This document shows, piece after piece, positions 8,815 through 17,498 of a DNA stretch of 64,000 nucleotides. Each line of letters starts with the position of its first letter. Position 1 is the stretch's first letter. The notes under the pieces are model-generated. The model did not search any database and was not told the origin of the DNA. It was given only the letters and a program-made list of their open reading frames with translations. Where the stretch lies: assembly GCA_003140595.1 (NCBI GenBank), contig PLKG01000097.1, forward strand, positions 27,495 to 91,494, given 5' to 3'. A program made the translations under genes and the position numbers. The DNA is from Acidimicrobiaceae bacterium (GTDB taxonomy: Bacteria > Actinomycetota > Acidimicrobiia > Acidimicrobiales > Bog-793).

Positions 8815-10131
8815 TCAGCCTTCGCCCTGGCGCTTGGCATCGCACAAGGCGACGTCGGCATCCTGGAGGAGCTCAGTGAAGTCCTTGCTCTTACCCTCCC
8901 AGGCAACGATCCCGATGCTCGCACGTTGTTCGAGGCGCGTCCCAGCTAGGGAGAACGGCTCGGCGACCGCGCCGAGAAGACGCGCGGCCACCTTCTCGGC
9001 CTGAGCCGGGAACTCTAGTCCTTCGGCCAAATAGAGGAACTCATCGCCTCGCAAACGACACAGCGTGTCCGAGGAGCGAGTCACCTCCTCGAGGCGTCGC
9101 GCGGCCGCTACGAGCAGTAGATCGCCGATCTGGCAGCCCAGAGTGTCGTTCAGCCCCTTGAAGTCATCGAGGTCCAACATCAACACGGCATTCCAACCGC
9201 CTCGGCGGACTGCCCTGGCGTTCACCTGGGAAAGTCGGTCCTCGAAGAGCAGCCGGCTGGCGAGCCCTGTGAGGGAGTCGTGCAGTGCCTGTTGGGAGAG
9301 TTCGGCGTTGTGCGCCCGTTCCTCGGTGATATCCCGGGCCGAGATGACGAAGTGGAGCGTTGCCCCCTCCGCATCGCGCCCGCGGGACTTCGCTACCTGG
9401 ACAACGACCGCCCGCCCGTCCTTGTGCATGTAGCGGTCGACATAGCTCAAGTGGTCAGCCACGCCGGACGCCAAGCGACGATCGACCTCGTTGGTCCTGC
9501 GACGGACCTCCTTTGGATGGGTGAACGGTGCCGCGCCCTTGGCGACGATCTCCTCCCTGCTGCGCCCGACTATCTGGCAGAACGAGTCGTTGACTGCCAG
9601 GACCCTGTCCTCGGGATCGACACAGATCATGCCGGTCATGTTGTCCTCGAACGCGAGCCGGAAGCGCTTCTCGCTGTTCGCGAGCGCCTCGACACCAGCG
9701 AGCTCGGTGGCGAGGGCATGCAGCTCGGCCTCGGTGCGGAGGTGCCCTGCTGCTGTCTCGAAACTGTGATCACGAACCACCACGACGATCCACGTCTTGC
9801 CGTTAAACGCGAACGGCGCGCGGGCCACGTCAACGGTGAGTTCGCCGCCGTCTTGACGCACGAGCGTGCAGCCCAAGTGGGGGGCCATCGTCCGCGAGCG
9901 CGGGTCCTGGGTGAACACGCCACGACGCGCGGCGTGAGCATCTCGGTACAGTGACTGCAGGAGCACCCCGAGGGCCTGGCCTACGAGCCCGGCGCTCCTG
10001 TAACCGGACAAGGCCTCAAGGCGTCCGTTCACGTGGCAGATCACGCCGTACTCGTCGGCGAAGGCGATCCCGTCGGGCAGCGCCTCGAGCAGGTAGCTCA
10101 AGGAAAGGGGAGGGTCTGCGAAGTGGCTCAC
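8815..10131 (-). CDS. PAS-PAS-GGDEF protein (diguanylate cyclase-like, signature motif RGDEF)
   Basis: 438 aa. Two PAS-like regions precede a GGDEF domain (LHDSLTGLASR ... DLDDFKGLNDTLG ... RSSD-N5-RGDEF ... DADVALCDAK). GTG start at 10131. Confidence 0.85.
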   Translation of the reverse strand: MSHFADPPLSLSYLLEALPDGIAFADEYGVICHVNGRLEALSGYRSAGLVGQALGVLLQSLYRDAHAARRGVFTQDPRSRTMAPHLGCTLVRQDGGELTVDVARAPFAFNGKTWIVVVVRDHSFETAAGHLRTEAELHALATELAGVEALANSEKRFRLAFEDNMTGMICVDPEDRVLAVNDSFCQIVGRSREEIVAKGAAPFTHPKEVRRRTNEVDRRLASGVADHLSYVDRYMHKDGRAVVVQVAKSRGRDAEGATLHFVISARDITEERAHNAELSQQALHDSLTGLASRLLFEDRLSQVNARAVRRGGWNAVLMLDLDDFKGLNDTLGCQIGDLLLVAAARRLEEVTRSSDTLCRLRGDEFLYLAEGLEFPAQAEKVAARLLGAVAEPFSLAGTRLEQRASIGIVAWEGKSKDFTELLQDADVALCDAKRQGEG

Positions 10132-10806
10132 GATGCGTTCATCCTTGCGTTGCCATACGTGCGGTAACCGTCGGTCAAGGGACTTTGTTGCATCAAGGAG
10201 TTCGAGGTCGACGAACCGACCGAGAGCCCCCGAAGTGGAAGTGTGCGACGTCTGCTCTTCATGCCGGATGTCGGACGCTTGGAGCCTCGGCCGGTCTCGA
10301 AAAGCCTCGCGAGCCGCAAGACAACGACTTATGCCTCACGGGGACCAGGTACGACGAGAAAACCCGAGCCCGCCATGCCATCAGACCCACCTCTCAGTTC
10401 GGCCTGACCAACGAACTGCTCATTGGATTTTAGCAACAATAAGGCGTCTGCTGCTCGCAGTTGAACCTGCTTCGCGCACTGGCTTTCCCCAACTTTCTAG
10501 TCCCAGCACCGCCGTGTTTCGAGAGGCTTCGGGCTCAGGCGACTCAGGATCACGACGATCACACGCTCGAGCTTGCTGGCCGCTTGGTGACCTCCACCAC
10601 AAGCACTGTTCCCTTCACTTTCGCACGACCGTCTCCTGGGCTGTTGGTAAGGGAGCCTCGCACTTCGCGACCACCAAGCGATCGCTCCAGCCGGGCAAGG
10701 GAGTGGACCTTCTGGTTCTTCGGTGCTGCCCTCCCGCGGACCCTCGTCCGGGCTTGCTAGGCGCCGACCTGTTCGAGGCCCGAAGGCTGTTCCGCCCCAG
10801 AACCTG

Positions 10807-10821
10807 TCCAGGAACTTGACC
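10807..10821 (+). repeat. Direct repeat copy 1, TCCAGGAACTTGACC
   Basis: Identical 15-mer to 10970-10984. It lies in the 1.16 kb poorly coding spacer. Confidence 0.9.
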
Positions 10822-10969
10822 GAGACAAGGTCACCTGGAGCCACACGACAAGGCAAGTGACCGTTGCGGCGACCGGCTACGAGACCAAGGACTCGGCCGC
10901 GTTGTCTGGCTCGGTACCAAGCGCGAACACGATCTGCTCGACGGCTAACGCCTGTTCAGGCGGACTATC

Positions 10970-10984
10970 TCCAGGAACTTGACC
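10970..10984 (+). repeat. Direct repeat copy 2, TCCAGGAACTTGACC
   Basis: Identical 15-mer to 10807-10821, starting 163 bp downstream of it. Confidence 0.9.
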
Positions 10985-11293
10985 CGGAATCGAGTATCGG
11001 CGACACGTTGAAGACAGTCGCCGACCGGCGATCAGCCATGCGGACGCGATCTGTGGCGCCCTAGCCGGGTCGAAGAATCTCCTCGCGCCGCCCACGACGA
11101 CCTGTGGGTCCGCTACTTGTTGCGTGCCGCGGATTCGTCTTCGGGATCGACGCTCGGCACGGGGTGGCGGCACCGAAGCTCGTCGCGTTGGACTGTCAAC
11201 TCCACTTGTGGCGCGGGCAAGTCATTAACCTCTTGGTAGGCATCCTCGGCGAGCCAGTGGACGACACTCATCGATCCCTCAGCAGGAGTTGCG

Positions 11294-13021
11294 ATGGTCG
11301 AAAAGGGGCTGCACCCACAGCAGTTGCAGGAGAGCGAGCCGCTGCGCGATGTCGAGCGCACGTGCATGCACAACCTGCTGAACAGCACCGACGAGCGCGT
11401 GTACTTCAAGGATCTGAACAGCAGGTTCCTCCTAGTCAGCGCAGGCTGGCTTTCTACTGTGGCTCCGGGTCACAGTATGGAAGAGGTAATAGGAAAGACG
11501 GACTTCGACTTTTTCGGGGAAGAACACGCCGAGGATGCCTTGGCGGACGAGCGACAGATCATTCTCACCGGCGAGCCGATCGTGGGAAAGCTGGAACGGG
11601 AGACATTCCAGGACGGGACTAGTCCCTGGGTTTCGACCACCAAGATGCCGCTTCGCGATGAGCGCGGCGAGATCATCGGAACATTCGGCATTTCCCGCGA
11701 CGTCACGGCGCAAGTCAGGGCGGAGAAAGCTCTCGCTTACCAGGTCCTGCACGACCCGGTGACCGGACTAGCGAACCGGGCCGCCCTGATGGACCGGATG
11801 TCCCAGGCTCTTGTCGCCCTGGAACGACAGCCGGGCCGGCTTGCGGTCCTCTACGTCGACTTGGACCACTTCAAGGAGATCAACGACGCGTTTGGTCACG
11901 CCGCCGGCGATCGGGTGCTCGCCGAGGTCGGTCGCAGGCTCTCAGTCCTGTCTCGCCATGTCGACACCGTCGCCCGCCTCGGCGGCGACGAGCTCGTATT
12001 GCTGTGCGGGGCCCTGCGGGATGACGATGACATCGCTCTGGTCGGCGACCGCATCGTCCAGGGGATCCGCGCCCCACACCTCGCGGAAGGGCGCGACCTC
12101 TCGGTCACCTGCAGCGTCGGAATCGCAGTCACCCGCGATCCCTTCATCGAGCCCAACAAGCTGATCCGCGACGCCGACGAGGCGATGTACGAGGCCAAGC
12201 AAGCAGGTCGAAACTGCTATCGGATCTACGACTCTGCTCAGGGTGTCGCTTCTGGGACGAGCCTCCTTCGGGCCGAGCTGACACATGCGGTCGACGAGGC
12301 GGAGCTGTTCCTTCTCTACCAGCCACTCTTCTCCTTGGACGACCAGTCGCTGATCGGCGTTGAGGCGCTCGTGCGCTGGCGTCATCCTGAGCGCGGGGTC
12401 GTGCCACCCCACGATTTCCTCCCCTTCGCCGAGCAACACGGGCTCATCGCCAGAATCGACTCGTTCGTCCTGAACGAGGCCTGCCGCCAGCTCGCCGCCT
12501 GGGCATCCCTCGACGGCTGGTTTAGCGAGTTCACCATGGCCGTGAATGTGTCGGGCGCCGAGTTGTCGGACCCCGGGTTCGCTAGACAGGTTGCCGAGGT
12601 GATCCGACGCCACGGTATCAAGTCGGCGATGCTCTGCCTCGAGATAACTGAGAGCGCGCTCGTCGACGAGTGGGGTCACGTCCAAGAGACGCTGTCGGCG
12701 CTGTCAGAACTTGGTGTGCGCCTCGCCCTCGACGACTTCGGGACCGGCTACTCGACCCTTGCCCACCTGCAACGCCTGAAGGTTGACATCTTGAAGGTCG
12801 ACCGGAGTTTCGTAGCGCAGATCAGCAAAAGCCCCCTTGACCGCGAGATCGTCGCCGCGGTGACGGCGATGTCCCACGCGCTCGGCATATCCGTAGTCGG
12901 CAAGTGCATCGAAACGAGCCAACAACTCGAGACGCTCGCCGGTTTGGACTGCGACCAGGGTCAGGGCTTCCTCCTGGCTCGCCCACTCTTGCCGGAGGCA
13001 GTGGTCGCACTCGTGATCTGA
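11294..13021 (+). CDS. PAS-GGDEF-EAL protein (signature GGDEL; EAL domain looks intact, so likely a c-di-GMP phosphodiesterase)
   Basis: 575 aa. RHVD-N5-GGDEL at nt 11981-11995. EAL-domain motifs GVEALVRW, AVNVS, EITES, DDFGTGYS, KVDRSF and QGF. Confidence 0.85.
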   Translation: MVEKGLHPQQLQESEPLRDVERTCMHNLLNSTDERVYFKDLNSRFLLVSAGWLSTVAPGHSMEEVIGKTDFDFFGEEHAEDALADERQIILTGEPIVGKLERETFQDGTSPWVSTTKMPLRDERGEIIGTFGISRDVTAQVRAEKALAYQVLHDPVTGLANRAALMDRMSQALVALERQPGRLAVLYVDLDHFKEINDAFGHAAGDRVLAEVGRRLSVLSRHVDTVARLGGDELVLLCGALRDDDDIALVGDRIVQGIRAPHLAEGRDLSVTCSVGIAVTRDPFIEPNKLIRDADEAMYEAKQAGRNCYRIYDSAQGVASGTSLLRAELTHAVDEAELFLLYQPLFSLDDQSLIGVEALVRWRHPERGVVPPHDFLPFAEQHGLIARIDSFVLNEACRQLAAWASLDGWFSEFTMAVNVSGAELSDPGFARQVAEVIRRHGIKSAMLCLEITESALVDEWGHVQETLSALSELGVRLALDDFGTGYSTLAHLQRLKVDILKVDRSFVAQISKSPLDREIVAAVTAMSHALGISVVGKCIETSQQLETLAGLDCDQGQGFLLARPLLPEAVVALVI

Positions 13022-13172
13022 GTGTTGCCCAGTCGTGCTACAACCTGCGAACAGGAGTTGTTGTCAAACCTGATACGTCGTTGGTTGCATACCCCACTCA
13101 CGCAAAGCACTCAGCGTCGCGCGCCTGGACCGTGGCTGCAGGGCGCCGTCGCTGGTCGGTACGCTCGGCGGC

Positions 13173-13667
13173 ATGGAACTCGACGTCGAGCTGATCCCGG
13201 CAGCTGCGAGCTATCCCATACGCCATGCGGTCCTCCGGCCCCACCAGAGCATCGAAGACGTGCCCTTCAAGGAGGACGACGAGGCGGGCACGGCAACCTT
13301 CGGCGCCATCGAGCGTGGCAGCGGCGCTGTGGTCGGAGTGGCGACAGTGTTTCGCGATCCGGCACCTTTCGACGCGCCTCAAGCCGGAGTCCCGGCCGGG
13401 GGCGGGAGCGAGGCGTCGACGTGGCGCCTGCGTGGGATGGCCACGCGCGCGGCCGCGCAGGGCCAGGGGATCGGTTCAATGGTGCTCAACGCCGCCCTCG
13501 ACCACGTCGCGGCCGAAGGCGGTGACCTGATCTGGTGCAACGCGCGAGTGAGCGCGCGCACCTTCTACGAACGGGCGGGATTTCGGACCTGGGGCGAGGA
13601 ATGGGTCATCCCCGCCCACGGACCGCACGTGGTGATGTGGCGGTGGATCGAACCAGGAAAGGTGTGA
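13173..13667 (+). CDS. GNAT-family N-acetyltransferase
   Basis: 164 aa. Motif A-like QGQGIGSMVLNAALDH. C-terminal ARTFYERAGF. Confidence 0.8.
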   Translation: MELDVELIPAAASYPIRHAVLRPHQSIEDVPFKEDDEAGTATFGAIERGSGAVVGVATVFRDPAPFDAPQAGVPAGGGSEASTWRLRGMATRAAAQGQGIGSMVLNAALDHVAAEGGDLIWCNARVSARTFYERAGFRTWGEEWVIPAHGPHVVMWRWIEPGKV

Positions 13668-15013
13668 TGGCGTTCAGCTCCGATGTGCGAGACCCCGAGG
13701 TGGTCGACCTTCTCCAGCACCTGATCCGTAACGCCTGTGTCAACGACGGCACGGAGGCGTCCGGCCACGAAAGGGCGAACGCGGACATTCTGCGCGCCGG
13801 CTTGGAGGGCTCGGGTTGTGACCTTGAAACCTACGAACCGCTCCCCGGCCGTACCTCGCTGGTCGCGCGCATTGACGGACGCGAGGCCGACGCTCCGGCG
13901 CTGTGCTACCTCGGCCACACCGACGTCGTGCCGGTGAACCCCGACACATGGAGCCGCGACCCGTTCGGCGGTGAGCTCGTCGACGGTGAGGTCTGGGGCA
14001 GGGGCGCCGTCGACATGTTGAACCTCACCGCTTCCATGGCCGTCGCCTTCGGACGCCTCGCCCGCAGCGGCTTTCGTCCCCGAGGCACGCTCATCCTGGC
14101 CGCGGTCGCCGACGAGGAAGCGCTCGGCTCCCATGGCACAGGATGGCTGACCGAGCATGCGGCCTCGTCTGTGGAGGCCGACTATGTGATCACAGAAGAA
14201 GGCGGCGTGCCCATCGAGACGCCCGGCGGTCGCCGGCTCGCGATCACGGTGGGAGAGAAGGGAAGCTGCTGGTGCCGCCTTCGGGTCCGTGGGACAGCCG
14301 GCCACGCCTCGGCACCTTTGCGCACCGACAACGCGCTCGTCACCGCAGCTGCGATCGTCGGGCGCCTCGCGGCGTTCAGGCCGATGCCGGACGTGCACGA
14401 CGCGTGGCGTCGTTTCGTGGGTGGCATGGCACTGCCGGAGGAGATCGCCGCGATGTTCCTCGACCCGGCCAGGATCGACGAGATCTGCGAGTCGTTCCCC
14501 CATCTCGGACTCGCCCGGCAGGCGCACGCCTGCACGCACATGACGATCGCCCCAACCATCGTTCACGGCGGCACGAAGCTGAACGTGATCCCCGATCAGG
14601 TGGAACTGGACCTCGACGTGAGGACCCTGCCCGGCCAGACCGAGGACGACGTTCGCTCACTTTTGGCCGAGGCTATCGGGGACTTGGGCGACAAGGTAGA
14701 GATCGTGTGGGCCCACAACGACCCTGCCAGCGAGTCACCGGTCGGCACGCCGCTGTGGGACGAGCTCGACGCCATGGTCAAGCGGTTCCACCCCGGGGCC
14801 GAGAGCGTGCCCTACTTCTCCACGGGCGCCACCGACGGACGGTTCTTCCGCCGTCGCGGGGCCGTCGCGTACGGCTTCGGCATGTTCTCCGACAGGCTCA
14901 GTTTCGACCAGTTCCTGTCGATGTTCCACGGCGACGACGAACGCGTCGACATCGAGTCACTCGCCCTGTCCACCGAGATGTTCGAGGCTCTGCCCCGGTC
15001 GTTTCTGGCCTGA
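13667..15013 (+). CDS. M20-family metallopeptidase (ArgE/DapE/CPG2-like)
   Basis: MAFSSDVRDPEVVDLLQHLI..., GHTDVVP, GRGAVDM, ADEE. ATG 13667 overlaps the GNAT stop (TGATG). The ORF is open from 13535. Confidence 0.8.
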   Translation: MAFSSDVRDPEVVDLLQHLIRNACVNDGTEASGHERANADILRAGLEGSGCDLETYEPLPGRTSLVARIDGREADAPALCYLGHTDVVPVNPDTWSRDPFGGELVDGEVWGRGAVDMLNLTASMAVAFGRLARSGFRPRGTLILAAVADEEALGSHGTGWLTEHAASSVEADYVITEEGGVPIETPGGRRLAITVGEKGSCWCRLRVRGTAGHASAPLRTDNALVTAAAIVGRLAAFRPMPDVHDAWRRFVGGMALPEEIAAMFLDPARIDEICESFPHLGLARQAHACTHMTIAPTIVHGGTKLNVIPDQVELDLDVRTLPGQTEDDVRSLLAEAIGDLGDKVEIVWAHNDPASESPVGTPLWDELDAMVKRFHPGAESVPYFSTGATDGRFFRRRGAVAYGFGMFSDRLSFDQFLSMFHGDDERVDIESLALSTEMFEALPRSFLA

Positions 15014-15024
15014 GCCGGGGCGGC

Positions 15025-16095
15025 TCAGGACTCGAAGTCCTCGTCGTCGCCTTTGGCGTTGTCGGTGTCGAGCCAAGTGGCGAAGCGGCTCACGACCTGC
15101 TGCACTCCGCCGCCGGCACGTTCGACGATCTTCGCGAAACGTTGCCTGTAGTGCTTGAGTGCCGCGTCGAACTCAGCCGACGGAGGCGGCTCTTGACCGC
15201 GCCGGAGGTAACCACCCGAGCGCTGCCGGTCGAATTCACCCGATCCCACCCATGCGACGAGCTCTCTGACACGGCGCACCGGGAAGGGATGTGTTGTGCC
15301 GATCTCCGACCAGAACCGCGAGTACCGCGCGAACGGGTCACCTTCGCCCTCGTACTCGGTGGCCTGGCGTATGAAAGCATCCAGGTCCAGACCGGGTACC
15401 GGACCGCCTGCCATGCGCATCAAGGTCCGACAGGTCAAGAGCGGGTCCCCTGTCCCGAGCGCGCTTGCGCGGTCGGCGGTCAGCTCGGCCGCCCTCGACC
15501 ACTCGAGCAACGCGTAATAGAGAGCTTTGAGGGGCAGGCCGGCCAACGGGGCCCCACGCAGCACTCCGTTCATGACGAGCTGCACGAGTTCGAAGGTCGT
15601 CATGAAGGTCACGTGCTCCGCGAGCACGTGACCCATCTCGTGAGCGAGCACCGAATCCAGCTCGTCGGAGTCGAATGATCTGGCGAGCCCCGAGGAGACA
15701 AGAGTCACGGGTTCGCTCGCGCCGATCGTGAGGGCGTTGCCCACCGGGTACTGGGTCACATACAGCTGAGGGCACGCGGGGATATCGAAGGTGTGGGCGT
15801 AGCGACGCTGCATCGCCCAAACCTCGGGCAGCTGGTCCTCCCCGAGGCGCACAGCCGTTCCGAGCATCAACTGGCGAAGCTTGCGCTCGTAGCCGACCTC
15901 GCTGAGCTTTTTGATCACGCGGTCGAGCATGGGGACGGTATGCAGCGCCGCAGCGGCCGCCCGGTCCGCGGGATGGGCGAATCCCTGGGCACTGATCTGC
16001 GGGTAACTGAGTGAAGTTTCGATAGCCATGACAGGCGGCCTCCCCGTTCGCCGAAAGTCTCTCACCACTTGGCGGGGCACGGTCTGCCGGGTCAC
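15025..16095 (-). CDS. M48-family zinc metallopeptidase (soluble type)
   Basis: HEMGH zinc motif (VLAHEMGHVLAEH). GTG 16095 overlaps the anti-sigma stop (GTGA). An alternative ATG start is at 16029. Confidence 0.75.
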   Translation of the reverse strand: MTRQTVPRQVVRDFRRTGRPPVMAIETSLSYPQISAQGFAHPADRAAAAALHTVPMLDRVIKKLSEVGYERKLRQLMLGTAVRLGEDQLPEVWAMQRRYAHTFDIPACPQLYVTQYPVGNALTIGASEPVTLVSSGLARSFDSDELDSVLAHEMGHVLAEHVTFMTTFELVQLVMNGVLRGAPLAGLPLKALYYALLEWSRAAELTADRASALGTGDPLLTCRTLMRMAGGPVPGLDLDAFIRQATEYEGEGDPFARYSRFWSEIGTTHPFPVRRVRELVAWVGSGEFDRQRSGGYLRRGQEPPPSAEFDAALKHYRQRFAKIVERAGGGVQQVVSRFATWLDTDNAKGDDEDFES

Positions 16096-16823
16096 AAACC
16101 GACGGGTAGGTTCCCCTGGACCAGAACCGGTGTCGTCGGCGCCGGCGTGCCGCCGAGTGGCTCCTCATTGATCATGAGCACCGTCATGGTGGGCTCGACC
16201 CGGATCGGGGCACCCGTCGGATGCGAACCGAGCACTCCGAGCGAGACCACCTTCCCGCGCGACAACGCCCAGAGCTGGAAGGTCTGCGAGCCGACGAGGG
16301 CGGGCATGGACGGGTTGATGAGATAGCCCTCGCCATCCGGCAGTACGACCACGGTGGCCCGCCAGACCGGGTGAGTGGCGGATGTGAGCTCGACGGTTCG
16401 GTGAGCAGGATTGAGCAGCACGCTCGTGACGCTCGCCTGGTGCCTGAGGCTGTTGACCTGTTGACCGAGGCTCCCGACCTTGGCCGCCAACAACCCGACC
16501 GTGAGCATGAGCCCGGCGGCGACGACTCCGAGCGGCACGACCAACGCGAGCCTCCGGCGGGAGTTTGGTCGCAGTACTGACACGAGGGCCGGGGGCTCAT
16601 CCTGAAGCGAGGCAGCGATGCGCTGCCAGAGGTCATCGGGCGCGGCCGCTGGGGTATCACCGGTGGAGTTGCCCAGCAGAGCCGCAACCTCACGGTGGGC
16701 GGCGAGCTCCGCTCGGCACCTGGGGCAGGTGGCCAGGTGGTCGTCGACATCCTGGCGCTCGTCGGCGTCGAGCGCGTCGAGCGCATAGACGCCGAGCATC
16801 TCCTCGATCTCGTCGTGGGTCAC
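16092..16823 (-). CDS. Anti-sigma factor, zf-HC2 N-terminus + 1 TM + RskA-like extracytoplasmic domain
   Basis: HLATCPRCRAELAAH (H-x3-C-x2-C). TM segment LALVVPLGVVAAGLMLTVGLLAA. 4-nt overlap with the upstream sigma gene. Confidence 0.8.
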   Translation of the reverse strand: MTHDEIEEMLGVYALDALDADERQDVDDHLATCPRCRAELAAHREVAALLGNSTGDTPAAAPDDLWQRIAASLQDEPPALVSVLRPNSRRRLALVVPLGVVAAGLMLTVGLLAAKVGSLGQQVNSLRHQASVTSVLLNPAHRTVELTSATHPVWRATVVVLPDGEGYLINPSMPALVGSQTFQLWALSRGKVVSLGVLGSHPTGAPIRVEPTMTVLMINEEPLGGTPAPTTPVLVQGNLPVGL

Positions 16824-17452
16824 GGCTGGTCGCCCGTCAGGCCCAGACCGGAGACGATGAGCTGACTGTGCATTCTCTTCAGCCCGTTGCGGATCCTGCT
16901 CTTCACCGTGCCCTCCGGCTCGCCCAGAATCGTCGCCACCTCCCGGTAGGTGTGACCACGAAAATAGGCCAGTTCGATCGGCCGCCGCTCACTGTCGGGA
17001 AGACCGCCGAGCGCCTCGCGAACCTGGTCGGCAACAATGATGTCCCCCACCTCGCGCTCGACGTCGTAGCCTGCGTGGGCCGTTTCCCGTGCCTCGCGCT
17101 CCTCGCGCCGCCGCCGGGCCACTTCTGACCGCAGTTGGTCCACGGCTCGCCCGTGGGCCTGGGCGAGCAGGTAGGACCGTAGGGTCCCACGCGCGGGGTC
17201 AAAGCGGTCCGGGGCGTTCCACAATCGGACGAACACCTCTTGCACGACTTCTTCGGCGGCTGCTCGCTCGCGCAGCAACCGTCGCGCGAGGCCGAAGACT
17301 GCTCCGGCGTGCCGTCGGTAGACCTCGGCTAGCGCATCCTCCCGATAGCGGGCTATCGCGAACGCGAGGTTGGCATCGCTCGCGTTGAACAGATCGGGTT
17401 GCACTTCATTCGGACTACGGAGCCGACGAGGTTCCGGATGACCCGCGCTCAC
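16820..17452 (-). CDS. ECF (group 4) RNA polymerase sigma factor, SigK-like
   Basis: Region 2 (EEVVQEVFVRLW...RGTLRSYLL) and region 4 (SERRPIELAYFRGHTYREVATILGEPEGTVKSRIRNGL). Coupled to a RskA-type anti-sigma factor. Confidence 0.85.
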   Translation of the reverse strand: MSAGHPEPRRLRSPNEVQPDLFNASDANLAFAIARYREDALAEVYRRHAGAVFGLARRLLRERAAAEEVVQEVFVRLWNAPDRFDPARGTLRSYLLAQAHGRAVDQLRSEVARRRREEREARETAHAGYDVEREVGDIIVADQVREALGGLPDSERRPIELAYFRGHTYREVATILGEPEGTVKSRIRNGLKRMHSQLIVSGLGLTGDQP

Positions 17453-17498
17453 CGGCAGAGAGGCTAACGGCCACGGCGAGCTACAAGCGTGACAGCGG

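Noticed and set aside
10811-10840. GGAAC within the 15-nt repeat, considered as the -35 element of an ECF-sigma promoter (GGAAC-N16/17-CGTT).
   Set aside because: No matching -10 element is present at the right spacing after either copy. It is kept only as a remark under the spacer finding.
15011-15030. Short palindrome GAGCCG-GGGC-GGCTC between the convergent M20 and M48 genes, considered as a bidirectional terminator.
   Set aside because: The stem is only 5-6 bp, there is no U-tract, and it overlaps both stop codons. This is too weak to call.
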